A DNA stretch of 39,083 bases from a virus. How positions within the stretch are numbered: the first letter of the stretch is position 1; every line of letters begins with the position of its first letter. The stretch is taken from IMG/VR virus record IMGVR_UViG_3300003319_000229, positions 1 to 39,083 of that record; one strand, given 5' to 3'. This document shows positions 1 to 7,452 of the stretch, piece by piece. The notes beneath the pieces are model-generated. The model did not search any database, was not told the DNA's origin, and saw only the letters and a program-made list of their open reading frames with translations. The position numbers and the translations under genes were made by a program.

Positions 1-235
1 CGTATCTTCAGGGTCTATAGAGAAAAATTACAGTAAGTAAAAATCCTATGATGAATGGTTTCATATTTATCCTTAATAAATGGGTTTATTTGATTCAGTA
101 TAGTATAGATCAATTTACTATTGAATAGTAAACCCTTACTAAAACAAATTGAACGCTTGATCCTATAAGTATGTTTTCCCAATTAGAAAAATTAAAAATA
201 GATTGAATCATTATCATAATACCAAAACCGAAAAT
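1..235. repeat. Terminal direct repeat, left copy (identical to 38849..39083)
   Basis: cgtatcttcagggtctatag...accaaaaccgaaaat occurs at both ends of the window. Compared base by base, the 235 nt are identical. Confidence 0.97.
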
Positions 236-286
236 GCATAGAAATAAGAATTCAATAAAACGAAAGAATAGAAATAATGTTTTCAT
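110..286 (-). CDS. small hydrophobic membrane protein, 58 aa (below ORF-track cutoff)
   Basis: Hand translation gives MKTLFLFFRFIEFLFLCIFGFGIMIMIQSIFNFSNWENILIGSSVQFVLVRVYYSIVN. Its ATG overlaps the stop of the upstream phosphoesterase gene (ATGA). It crosses the inner boundary of the terminal repeat. Confidence 0.35.
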   Translation of the reverse strand: MKTLFLFFRFIEFLFLCIFGFGIMIMIQSIFNFSNWENILIGSSVQFVLVRVYYSIVN

Positions 287-858
287 TTTAATTCTTCCAA
301 TGCTTTTAAAATAATATCCGCGTGTATCGGCGTTAAGTCATTTTGTTCACATGAAACGTTAAAATAATTTGGGTCATCTTCTTTTATATGGATGCAGGTT
401 GCGCCGTCCGGATATTCATACAATCTTTGAATTTTTTTACTATGCAAATGCCCATGAACATTTAATATTTTTTTTGAAGTAATTCCGTATGATTCTAAAT
501 GCCTTGATAAGTTATATTCGTGAACTGGAATATGTGTGAGAAGACAACCTTTCCAGTAAAATGCGCCATATATTTTTTGAAAGTAGGGCGTATAACAATT
601 AATAGGGTACATGTCGTGATTGCCCATAATAAGTCTTTTTGATCCGTTTAATTTTTCTGCAATTTTTATGTTTTCTTTGCCAAACGCAAAATCACCTAAA
701 TGATAAATAATATCTTTTGGCTTAACTGTTTTGTTCCACCTTTCTATGATAGTATCATGCATTTCCTGTAAAGTATCAAATGGACGATGTTCTTTTTCAT
801 ATTCGATAATTTTCTTGTGTGAAAAATGAGTATCTGAAATAAACCAAGTATTAATCAT
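283..858 (-). CDS. calcineurin-like metallophosphoesterase
   Basis: Ordered metallophosphoesterase motifs are present: SDTHF, GDFAFG, GNHD, HGHLH. Confidence 0.85.
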   Translation of the reverse strand: MINTWFISDTHFSHKKIIEYEKEHRPFDTLQEMHDTIIERWNKTVKPKDIIYHLGDFAFGKENIKIAEKLNGSKRLIMGNHDMYPINCYTPYFQKIYGAFYWKGCLLTHIPVHEYNLSRHLESYGITSKKILNVHGHLHSKKIQRLYEYPDGATCIHIKEDDPNYFNVSCEQNDLTPIHADIILKALEELK

Positions 859-917
859 AAAGGTTTTTCACTAAAAGTGTCGCAATATTCATATTTTAAC
901 GGCATCCTTTTTAAAAA

Positions 918-1214
918 TTAATTCATAGTTTGCTTAATATAAGAATCTATTATCTTACAAAATATAATTTTTGCGTTTTCAAATAAAGCTTTTTTAGTAG
1001 CAATAGCTTGATCAATTGAAATAACAAAGCAAACATTAGCTGCGTGCGATAGAGCTGCGTTCATAATTAGAGAAGCATTTTCTTTATCAACAGTATTATT
1101 GAAATTTTTTTCAATATAATAATCTGTTGCCTTAGATAAATGCTTTATCAAATCAATCATGGGCTTGTCTTCTTTCGACGTTTCTTCTTTTGTTGATTTT
1201 ATGTAATAATTCAT
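918..1214 (-). CDS. small helical protein, paralog family member 1
   Basis: ATG at 1214 has AAGGAG upstream and an ATGA overlap with the preceding gene (the track start at 1220 is TTG). The central segment ASLIMNAALSHAANVCFVISID aligns with the other family members. Confidence 0.6.
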   Translation of the reverse strand: MNYYIKSTKEETSKEDKPMIDLIKHLSKATDYYIEKNFNNTVDKENASLIMNAALSHAANVCFVISIDQAIATKKALFENAKIIFCKIIDSYIKQTMN

Positions 1215-1507
1215 TGACAAATCTCTCCTTTTAAAACGTGTGATTTAAAACTTTCTATCGAATCATTCAATGTTGATTGAATTTGTTCAATAAGTTTTTT
1301 GTGTCCTGTCTTATTTTTTAATAAAAATATGGAGTTTTTCATACAATGCAGAACAAGTCCCGCAGCTGCTCCATTACTTAAGGCTACAAATGTGCCACTG
1401 CTAATAGAGTCATCATTTAATATAAGTTCATCACGGAATTTATTTGAAGAAATCACCAAGGTTTCAACATATTTTTCCATTAAATTTTTAAATTCTTCTT
1501 CTTTCAT
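1211..1507 (-). CDS. small helical protein, paralog family member 2
   Basis: EEFKNLMEKYVETL...SGTFVALSNGAAAGLVLHCMKN aligns with member 3 (KKYFKLMKSLHESL...SKAFLSINHGAATAFVLSLINR). Confidence 0.65.
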   Translation of the reverse strand: MKEEEFKNLMEKYVETLVISSNKFRDELILNDDSISSGTFVALSNGAAAGLVLHCMKNSIFLLKNKTGHKKLIEQIQSTLNDSIESFKSHVLKGEICQ

Positions 1508-1519
1508 TTTGTTACCTTC

Positions 1520-1807
1520 TTATTTAACAATCCTTAATTCAAATTCTCTCAACGCTTTATTAATATTTGAAACTAATAGATCAAACATTATTTTTTTTTC
1601 TTTCTTTTCATCTTCCTTGCAAATCAATAAAGTTCTATTTATAAGTGATAGAACAAATGCTGTTGCTGCGCCGTGATTAATACTTAGAAATGCTTTTGAA
1701 TCTATATCGTCATCATCCTCAAGATATTGCTCGGAAAATTCTCTTGCTGCTGTTTCAAGGGATTCGTGAAGGCTTTTCATTAATTTAAAATATTTTTTTT
1801 CTTGCAT
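1520..1807 (-). CDS. small helical protein, paralog family member 3
   Basis: Same length class and conserved core as 1211..1507. Lies in tandem with it. Confidence 0.65.
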   Translation of the reverse strand: MQEKKYFKLMKSLHESLETAAREFSEQYLEDDDDIDSKAFLSINHGAATAFVLSLINRTLLICKEDEKKEKKIMFDLLVSNINKALREFELRIVK

Positions 1808-2208
1808 TTTTTATTCCCCTTTATTAAATTTTTCATGTCATTTTTTATTTCCTTCAAATGTAAATAATGCTTAGTTTTGGCGATATCAATAAATTTTGAA
1901 GCGTCCCCTCTAACAAAAAACATATCTGATTCATTTCGATATTTTATTTTTATAGCGTCAAAAACTTCATTCATTGATTCTATTATAGACTTCTCACTTT
2001 TGTTTAAAGACGCTTCATAATAATATATATTTTTCTTATCCTTGCCGGAAAAGGGGTCGAACTCTTCCTTGTTCTCTTTGTTATATCTAAATGTTTGTTG
2101 AATTATCCATTTTTCATTGGTTTTTTTCACAATGCCATAACAACAATCGAGATTATAGTCACTTGCAAACCAAAATCCTAAAATATAATCTCCTTCTTGT
2201 AATTCCAT
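1780..2208 (-). CDS. hypothetical protein (142 aa)
   Basis: Long ORF co-oriented with the leftward block. No motif recognised. Confidence 0.55.
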   Translation of the reverse strand: MELQEGDYILGFWFASDYNLDCCYGIVKKTNEKWIIQQTFRYNKENKEEFDPFSGKDKKNIYYYEASLNKSEKSIIESMNEVFDAIKIKYRNESDMFFVRGDASKFIDIAKTKHYLHLKEIKNDMKNLIKGNKKCKKKNILN

Positions 2209-2249
2209 TAGGGCTCCTTATTGATCTGGCACTTCATATTTAAAAATTT

Positions 2250-2543
2250 TCATTCTAATGGTTCGCTTAAAAACCCGCATGGCCAAAATTCATTAACATT
2301 AAAAATGTTGCAACAAACTATATGTGTGTACCAGCCACATCTATCATCAAAACTTTCCTCTAAAGAGCCATTATAAGGTATAGAGATTTTTATTTTAAAA
2401 TTTTCGAAATTTTTAGCAGTTAGCATAGGATCGTCACTATATTGTTTAATAATCGCATGACGAAGATCATTTATATTTTTAACAATTACCGATGTTCTAA
2501 GAGAGTCAGAAAGAAGTTCTCGATTTTTTCTGTAAAGCGCCAT
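2250..2543 (-). CDS. hypothetical protein (97 aa)
   Basis: Co-oriented ORF in a tightly packed gene array. Confidence 0.5.
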   Translation of the reverse strand: MALYRKNRELLSDSLRTSVIVKNINDLRHAIIKQYSDDPMLTAKNFENFKIKISIPYNGSLEESFDDRCGWYTHIVCCNIFNVNEFWPCGFLSEPLE

Positions 2544-2552
2544 TTTTTCTCC

Positions 2553-2651
2553 TTAAGGCATATTTATAAAATAAATACAAAAAACAATAGCCGCACATGC
2601 GGCGATGCCCACCAAAGTAAATGCTTGTGGCCAGTTTATAATTTGTTCCAT
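2553..2651 (-). CDS. possible 32-aa single-pass membrane peptide
   Basis: Hand translation gives MEQIINWPQAFTLVGIAACAAIVFCIYFINMP. Its ATG overlaps the stop of the upstream gene by 1 nt (TAATG). It fills an otherwise empty gap. Confidence 0.3.
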   Translation of the reverse strand: MEQIINWPQAFTLVGIAACAAIVFCIYFINMP

Positions 2652-2878
2652 TATTTATCCTTTTTAATATCAGGTATTTTGATCTCGTCAGATTTAAGTT
2701 TTTTTGAAAGTTCTTCTATTTCAGATTTTTTAAACAAAAAATCTTCTTTTGTTATTCTTCTTAATGAGCCATCGATCAATGGAATATAAGCATACCCATT
2801 TTTAAAAACATCTTCACAAATATGCCTAGGAATCTGAATTATTTGATCGTTTTTGTATCGTTTTCCTGTTTTTTTCAT
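2651..2878 (-). CDS. hypothetical protein (75 aa)
   Basis: Co-oriented ORF. No motif recognised. Confidence 0.5.
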   Translation of the reverse strand: MKKTGKRYKNDQIIQIPRHICEDVFKNGYAYIPLIDGSLRRITKEDFLFKKSEIEELSKKLKSDEIKIPDIKKDK

Positions 2879-2894
2879 AGAATCGCTTCTTTAA

Positions 2895-3104
2895 TTATGA
2901 TTTCCAATGTGTTACCCATTTTGTAATATCGTCGCCTTCATGTATGAAATGATTATTTATAAAAAGACAGTCAACTATTTCCTTATATAAAATATTGCAT
3001 TTACATTGGATATAGGTATCATTTGTCGGCAATATTTTTTTCGCGTCTAACCACTGATTGCTCATTTTAAATACCCTCATTTCTCTCACGGCCGGTAATA
3101 TCAT
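2895..3104 (-). CDS. hypothetical protein, weakly DUF551-like
   Basis: QWLDAKKILP...KWVTHW resembles the W-I-S-V-K-D-R-L-P...W pattern of the two clear DUF551 genes. An internal ATG at 3065 with GAGGG upstream may be the true start. Confidence 0.4.
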   Translation of the reverse strand: MILPAVREMRVFKMSNQWLDAKKILPTNDTYIQCKCNILYKEIVDCLFINNHFIHEGDDITKWVTHWKS

Positions 3105-3113
3105 TTACCGGAG

Positions 3114-3365
3114 CTAATTTTTTATTTCACCGGTATCTTCATCATGTGTAATTTTTTTACTTTCTCGTTGATCGCTTAAAAATGAAATATTTGGCATACT
3201 GTCTCGCATTTGGTGATATTTCATATCAAGCTGAACAGTTTGCATAAATTTCCCCACTAAATTTGATACGGCATTGGCTTGATTAGGAGCAACACTGCCG
3301 TCTATTACTTTTTCTAAAACTCCACTTAATAAGTTCCTAAGCTCATCAGTATTTCTAATCGCCAT
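3114..3365 (-). CDS. hypothetical protein (83 aa)
   Basis: Co-oriented ORF overlapping the upstream gene by 11 nt. Confidence 0.5.
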   Translation of the reverse strand: MAIRNTDELRNLLSGVLEKVIDGSVAPNQANAVSNLVGKFMQTVQLDMKYHQMRDSMPNISFLSDQRESKKITHDEDTGEIKN

Positions 3366-4071
3366 GCCTCACCTTCCTTTGTTTTCTAAGTTCTCGATTA
3401 AGTTTAATTTGTATTTTTCTCAGCTCAATTATTTCTTGAGGTATTTGTATTCCTTTCATATAAAAACGTGTTTGATTATTTTTTCCTCCTCTTTGATACA
3501 CTCTTATTTGCGATCGCACATAAGCATCAGAAAGAGAGTCTCTAGCTTTTTGAGCGCTCTTTCTCTGCTGCTCAAGCATTTTTTTATTCAATAATGGATT
3601 ATTTTTTTTATTTTTATATATTGCTTTGTCTGTTGGTTTTCTCTTTGGTTTGTAATTTAAAGCATATTGCTTTAATTTCTCAGGATTTCTTTTTCTCCAT
3701 TCTCTGCATTTTTTTATATATTCTATTTTATTTTTATTTACACTATTTTTTTTATTCTCGTTGTCACAAATTTTGCAAATAAGAGTTCCTCTTGTATCTA
3801 TTCTGATTCTATCTAGTGGGATATCCCCATGCTTTTTGCAATTTTTTTTAACATTTCCATTTTCTAATTCTTTCAGTGCTGAATATTTTCTTTCTGAGCC
3901 CCATTTTTTATATTTTTCAGGATTTCTTTTTTGCCAATCCTTTTTATATCCTTTTCTGCAAATCGAGCAAGCACGGGCGGTATTTCCTGATTTGGAATTA
4001 ATTAAATACGTGTTCTCTACTGTTAGTCCCCCATGTTTTTTGCAAATCTTAATTATATCATCCGCTGACAT
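3355..4071 (-). CDS. Lys/Cys-rich protein with internally duplicated putative zinc-binding module
   Basis: Two modules align with each other: ICKKHGGLTVEN...ACSICRKGYKKDWQKRNPEKYKKW and NCKKHGDIPLDR...LICKICDNENKK...CREWRKRNPEKLKQY. The C-terminal half is very basic. Confidence 0.6.
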   Translation of the reverse strand: MSADDIIKICKKHGGLTVENTYLINSKSGNTARACSICRKGYKKDWQKRNPEKYKKWGSERKYSALKELENGNVKKNCKKHGDIPLDRIRIDTRGTLICKICDNENKKNSVNKNKIEYIKKCREWRKRNPEKLKQYALNYKPKRKPTDKAIYKNKKNNPLLNKKMLEQQRKSAQKARDSLSDAYVRSQIRVYQRGGKNNQTRFYMKGIQIPQEIIELRKIQIKLNRELRKQRKVRHGD

Positions 4072-4120
4072 ATTCTATTTTCTTAAATTTAACGTGTTAA
4101 AAAATATTGCGTATAATGAT

Positions 4121-4156
4121 ATTAACGAAATTGTTTCGTAAGAAGAGAAACGAAAA
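4121..4156. promoter_or_regulatory. cluster of AACGAAA-type motifs upstream of 3355..4071
   Basis: attaacgaaa (4121-4130) is the same 10-mer as 7076-7085 in the repressor control region. It is followed by tttcgt (4134-4139, inverted) and aaacgaaaa (4148-4156). Confidence 0.35.
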
Positions 4157-4207
4157 TACCATCCCACTGGAAAAACAATTATGCAAGACATAGTCCAATT
4201 AAGCATA

Positions 4208-4495
4208 TTAATGGATTCTTCCTCTATCGATTTTTTCAAAAAATGTTTCAAGAAGTTTATCTAAATCTTTTTTAAATACCTCTACTACGGATGAAAAAAT
4301 CGGTTTTTTAATTTCGCTTTCTAAAATTTCTAAATGAAAAACCATTGCATTGGCAAATCCAAAAATAGTGAAATACAATGCTTGTTTTATAGTGGAGTCA
4401 ATTCCTTCTTTAAAATTTTCAGTTATAAATTTACTTCCGGATTCTGTAAGGTAGCGACTAAATTTTTGTATCAGATCATCATCAATCTTTTTCAT
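4208..4495 (-). CDS. small helical protein, paralog family member 4
   Basis: DDLIQKFSRYLTESGSKFITENF...ALYFTIFGFANAMVFHLEIL aligns with members 1-3. Confidence 0.6.
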   Translation of the reverse strand: MKKIDDDLIQKFSRYLTESGSKFITENFKEGIDSTIKQALYFTIFGFANAMVFHLEILESEIKKPIFSSVVEVFKKDLDKLLETFFEKIDRGRIH

Positions 4496-4823
4496 TACAG
4501 CTCTCCGATTTTTTTATTGATGCTTTATATAATTCATCTGCTGTTTCTATAAATTGTTTTATACACTCATCTATCGTTTCTTTTATAGAGCTAATTATTT
4601 GTTGGTTCTTTCCTCCTTCTTTTGGAATAACTGATAAAACAACAAGGTTTAACAAATGTGAACTTATCAGTTGAATTTGAGAATTTAGAATTGATAAAGA
4701 TGCTTCGTCAATCCCGGATTTAATTAATGCGACTGTAGCATAGGTTATTGAATCTGAAGCAAACCCAATTCTTTCATGATGATTGCTGTTTTTAAAGTTT
4801 GATTGTTCTATTTCAAATTTCAT
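4482..4823 (-). CDS. small helical protein, probable distant paralog (member 5)
   Basis: Adjacent to and overlapping member 4. SITYATVALIKSGIDEASLSILNSQIQLI occupies the equivalent position. The similarity is weaker. Confidence 0.45.
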   Translation of the reverse strand: MKFEIEQSNFKNSNHHERIGFASDSITYATVALIKSGIDEASLSILNSQIQLISSHLLNLVVLSVIPKEGGKNQQIISSIKETIDECIKQFIETADELYKASIKKSESCNEKD

Positions 4824-4840
4824 TTATCAAATCCTCAAAA

Positions 4841-5098
4841 TTATATTAATCTTGTAACTAGCCCGTCATTTATTTCAACCTGTCTGTGAGTTTTTTCGTT
4901 TTCTAGTTCATTCGCAATAATATTTTTTTCTATGACAATTTCAAAAATATTTTTTTCTGAGTTTAGTATATCTTTTAGAAGAGAAACCGCCTGATCTATT
5001 TTAATTAAAAAATGATGGGTCTCGCCGAAATCATTTTTTAATAAGTTTAATGATTCAATGGTTCTTTCTAAAAAGTCAATTCGATACTTTATGTACAT
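4841..5098 (-). CDS. hypothetical protein (85 aa)
   Basis: Co-oriented ORF. Confidence 0.5.
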   Translation of the reverse strand: MYIKYRIDFLERTIESLNLLKNDFGETHHFLIKIDQAVSLLKDILNSEKNIFEIVIEKNIIANELENEKTHRQVEINDGLVTRLI

Positions 5099-5429
5099 TT
5101 TGTAATTCCTTATTTAGTTTGAGAATTTTAAATTCATTCGCTCTGACCGTATGAATTAATGTTATTTTTCCATTTTCTTCAGCTATTCGATTATCGTTTT
5201 CTCCGCTGATAAAAATGGTTTCTCCTACTTGCGTGTCCATATATGCTCTTTCCGCGAGCTGCCTGTAAAAGTTAACTACATGCCATGCGGTTCGTGTTTT
5301 ATTAATTCCTTGTGAACTTTTATAAGTTTTGCTTGTCACAAGTTCAATCTGACAAAACTGATCGCCGTATTTTGTTGTTTTTAAATTCTTCTTTAACAAT
5401 GTGCCGATTAATATAACTTGGTTAATCAT
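5076..5429 (-). CDS. ssb: single-stranded DNA-binding protein (OB fold)
   Basis: MINQVILIGTL...TAWHVVNFYRQLAERAYMDTQVGETIFISGE follows the SSB pattern (N-x-V-x-L-I-G, W-H-x-V-x-x-F, L-A-E, G-x-x-x-x-x-x-G). Confidence 0.7.
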   Translation of the reverse strand: MINQVILIGTLLKKNLKTTKYGDQFCQIELVTSKTYKSSQGINKTRTAWHVVNFYRQLAERAYMDTQVGETIFISGENDNRIAEENGKITLIHTVRANEFKILKLNKELQNVHKVSN

Positions 5430-5950
5430 TTAGGAATCTCTATCAGATCATTTTCTGCTAAAAATATAATTTGTTTGGATAATGCGTTTGCCGGGTTTTC
5501 ATCATAGATTGGTCTTGTTAATCTTTCGCCAAACATATACGGCCTTGGTTCGGTAGGGCGCCATGTATCACATATATAATTTACAGAATATTGTAATGAG
5601 GTTTTTAAATTTTCTTTTTCTACTTCTGCCTTAATAAAAGTTGTTAATGAAAACATAAAATTATTAAAAGGTTCATTTTGCTTTATATCAATATGTTTAG
5701 GTATTATTTCTAATAATTCAGAGACAGTAAAAGCTGAAATAAAGTTATCGGGTTTTTGTTCTTTGTTTAATCTTAATGATTCGTTAAAAAGCAAATCTTT
5801 AGAGCTAACGATATGCCATTCTAAATCATCATAACAATACACATCATGGTGCAAATAAAAATAGCTTTCTTGTTTAATGCCAAGGTCTTTTAATTTTTGC
5901 GATAGCTCAAGGTTAGTAACAAGTGACTTTTGTTTTTTAATGAAATCCAT
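5426..5950 (-). CDS. hypothetical protein, paralog of 16958..17434
   Basis: LSQKLKDLGIKQESYFY / ISAFTVSELLEIIPKHI / ANALSKQIIFLAENDLIE match LSKRLRELGVKQESLFC / MAAFTVGELGELLPKRI / ANARAKMIIYLIENGLIE. Confidence 0.65.
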   Translation of the reverse strand: MDFIKKQKSLVTNLELSQKLKDLGIKQESYFYLHHDVYCYDDLEWHIVSSKDLLFNESLRLNKEQKPDNFISAFTVSELLEIIPKHIDIKQNEPFNNFMFSLTTFIKAEVEKENLKTSLQYSVNYICDTWRPTEPRPYMFGERLTRPIYDENPANALSKQIIFLAENDLIEIPK

Positions 5951-5956
5951 TTTTAT

Positions 5957-6238
5957 TTAATCCTTGTTTATTTGAATAAAATGAATAGTTAACCATATTG
6001 TATTTAGCATCCAAAATATAGCTTTAATAATTTCTTGGCTACAAAAATCGCCGCCCTTTCTTCTTTCAGGGTCTGGGGTGGGAATACCAGCCATTTTTAA
6101 ATCTTGATAGACTTGCTCATTTTCCACATAAATTGATACAACGATGCCTTTCTTATTTTTATTTCTACCTATAGTGTAAGCTATAACTTTGTCACGGTGT
6201 TTTGGTAATCTATCTTTAACGCTAATCCAGTTTGTCAT
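5957..6238 (-). CDS. DUF551-domain protein
   Basis: The N-terminus MTNWISVKDRLPKHRDKVIAY carries the characteristic W-I-S-V-x-D-R-L-P signature. Confidence 0.7.
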   Translation of the reverse strand: MTNWISVKDRLPKHRDKVIAYTIGRNKNKKGIVVSIYVENEQVYQDLKMAGIPTPDPERRKGGDFCSQEIIKAIFWMLNTIWLTIHFIQINKD

Positions 6239-6381
6239 TTTACAAATTCCGTTGTTTTTGATGAAATCTCAGCATATTTTCTTCCGCATGCTATATAAAT
6301 TTGTTGTAAGGCAGCTTGATCATCAATAAATTTAATTACATCAAACACTATTTTTATTAACTGATTATTATAGATATTCAT
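6235..6381 (-). CDS. hypothetical small protein (48 aa, below track cutoff)
   Basis: Hand translation gives MNIYNNQLIKIVFDVIKFIDDQAALQQIYIACGRKYAEISSKTTEFVK. Its stop overlaps the next ATG (ATGA). Confidence 0.4.
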   Translation of the reverse strand: MNIYNNQLIKIVFDVIKFIDDQAALQQIYIACGRKYAEISSKTTEFVK

Positions 6382-6382
6382 T

Positions 6383-6559
6383 TTAATCCTTATCTTTCTC
6401 TTTAATTTCTAACGTGTAAATTTTATCGTTTGAAATAGTAAATGCTATAATTGTGCTAAAGCACCTGCCTATTACTAACAGTCCTTCAGGTTGCTTGAAT
6501 ATTTCATAATCATATTCTTCGGGAAGAGTAGCTAATAATTTAAAGTCGTTTACTTTCAT
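6383..6559 (-). CDS. hypothetical small protein (58 aa, below track cutoff)
   Basis: Hand translation gives MKVNDFKLLATLPEEYDYEIFKQPEGLLVIGRCFSTIIAFTISNDKIYTLEIKEKDKD. Its ATG overlaps the stop of 6556..6738 (ATGA). Confidence 0.4.
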   Translation of the reverse strand: MKVNDFKLLATLPEEYDYEIFKQPEGLLVIGRCFSTIIAFTISNDKIYTLEIKEKDKD

Positions 6560-6738
6560 AAATATTTATAACCTTTTCCATCACAATCTGAACATTTAAC
6601 TGTTTTTCCAGGGCCATCTCCGACCCACCATTCGCCCATTCCTTTGCACCATTTACAAGAGATTTTAATTTCTACTTTTTTATCTTTCAGTGAATAAGAT
6701 TCTTCATCCCAAACGCTTATGATGGCTTTCATTTTCAT
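6556..6738 (-). CDS. DnaJ-type zinc-finger mini-protein (2 x CxxCxGxG)
   Basis: CKWCKGMG and CSDCDGKG are both exact CxxCxGxG motifs. Confidence 0.6.
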   Translation of the reverse strand: MKMKAIISVWDEESYSLKDKKVEIKISCKWCKGMGEWWVGDGPGKTVKCSDCDGKGYKYL

Positions 6739-6823
6739 CCTTAATAAATGGTGGTAAATTCACCTTTGTTCATATGAAAAAGCTACTCTGTACTACGTAA
6801 TATTTTCGGCCGTAAACTATATT

Positions 6824-7033
6824 TTAATCGTTCCTTATATCGCTGTATTTCACATCGATCCCTTTCTGATTAGCAAGATCAATCACTTTTTTAAGTGTAA
6901 TAAGATTTGGCTTTATTTTGCCCATTTCATAACTGGAAATGCTGGCCTGTCTAATATCTAGCATTTTTGCAAGTTCTGATTGGGATGCTAAGCAGGTCAT
7001 TCTTAAGGTCTTAATTAGGTCTTTAAATAGCAT
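6824..7033 (-). CDS. XRE/Cro-CI family helix-turn-helix transcriptional regulator
   Basis: SQSELAKMLDIRQASISSYEMGKIKPNLITLKKV is a canonical HTH_3 pattern. It sits at the divergent junction of the leftward and rightward blocks. Confidence 0.85.
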   Translation of the reverse strand: MLFKDLIKTLRMTCLASQSELAKMLDIRQASISSYEMGKIKPNLITLKKVIDLANQKGIDVKYSDIRND

Positions 7034-7209
7034 ATTTACCTCCGTTTTCGTTAATGCGCGCCCAAGTTTATCAATATTAACGAAATTTAATATAACTTTA
7101 CAAGTCTTTATTCATAATAATACTTTATAATATTTTTTTATTCATTTCTATTGATTTTTATACGCTCTTATATGATAATATTATTTTAAACTACAAATAA
7201 GGATAAAGC
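7034..7209. promoter_or_regulatory. divergent early control region with inverted-repeat operator
   Basis: A 10-bp inverted repeat, tttcgttaat (7046-7055) / attaacgaaa (7076-7085), lies here. A rightward promoter candidate is TTGATT (7151-7156), 17 nt, GATAAT (7174-7179). A leftward TTGTAA..TAATAT candidate overlaps the repeat. Confidence 0.5.
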
Positions 7210-7440
7210 ATGAATCATTTAAGCAGTGAAGGCAGTTACAAAGCAAAAGAAGAACGCGGCGCGATGGCTATTTGTTTTGAATCACTCGGATTTTCAAAAA
7301 TGGCTGAAATGGTTAATAACCCTAAAACAAAACCAGAGCATATCCCAACGTTTTTAAATATAATTAAAAAGATAGCGATTGATAAAAAAAGACATGATGT
7401 CATTGAAATACTTCAATTCGCTGGTCTTATTTACGGTTAA
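7210..7440 (+). CDS. hypothetical protein (76 aa), first rightward gene
   Basis: Occupies the Cro-like position, divergent from the XRE gene. No motif recognised. Confidence 0.5.
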   Translation: MNHLSSEGSYKAKEERGAMAICFESLGFSKMAEMVNNPKTKPEHIPTFLNIIKKIAIDKKRHDVIEILQFAGLIYG

Positions 7441-7452
7441 GGAGAACCAAAA

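Noticed and set aside
114-132. 19-bp perfect palindrome tttactatt-g-aatagtaaa in the terminal repeat as a cos/pac or terminator element
   Set aside because: It is purely A/T apart from two positions, has a 1-nt centre (a poor RNA hairpin) and lies within the 3' end of a putative membrane ORF. It could be a chance palindrome in AT-rich DNA, and I have no supporting evidence.
1299-4552. Plus-strand ORFs 1299..1676, 2442..2789, 3364..3594, 3594..3782, 3761..4141 and 4334..4552
   Set aside because: All lie antisense to tightly packed, translationally coupled minus-strand genes. Their products are Phe/Leu/Ile/Ser-rich low-complexity strings typical of antisense reading of AT-rich genes.
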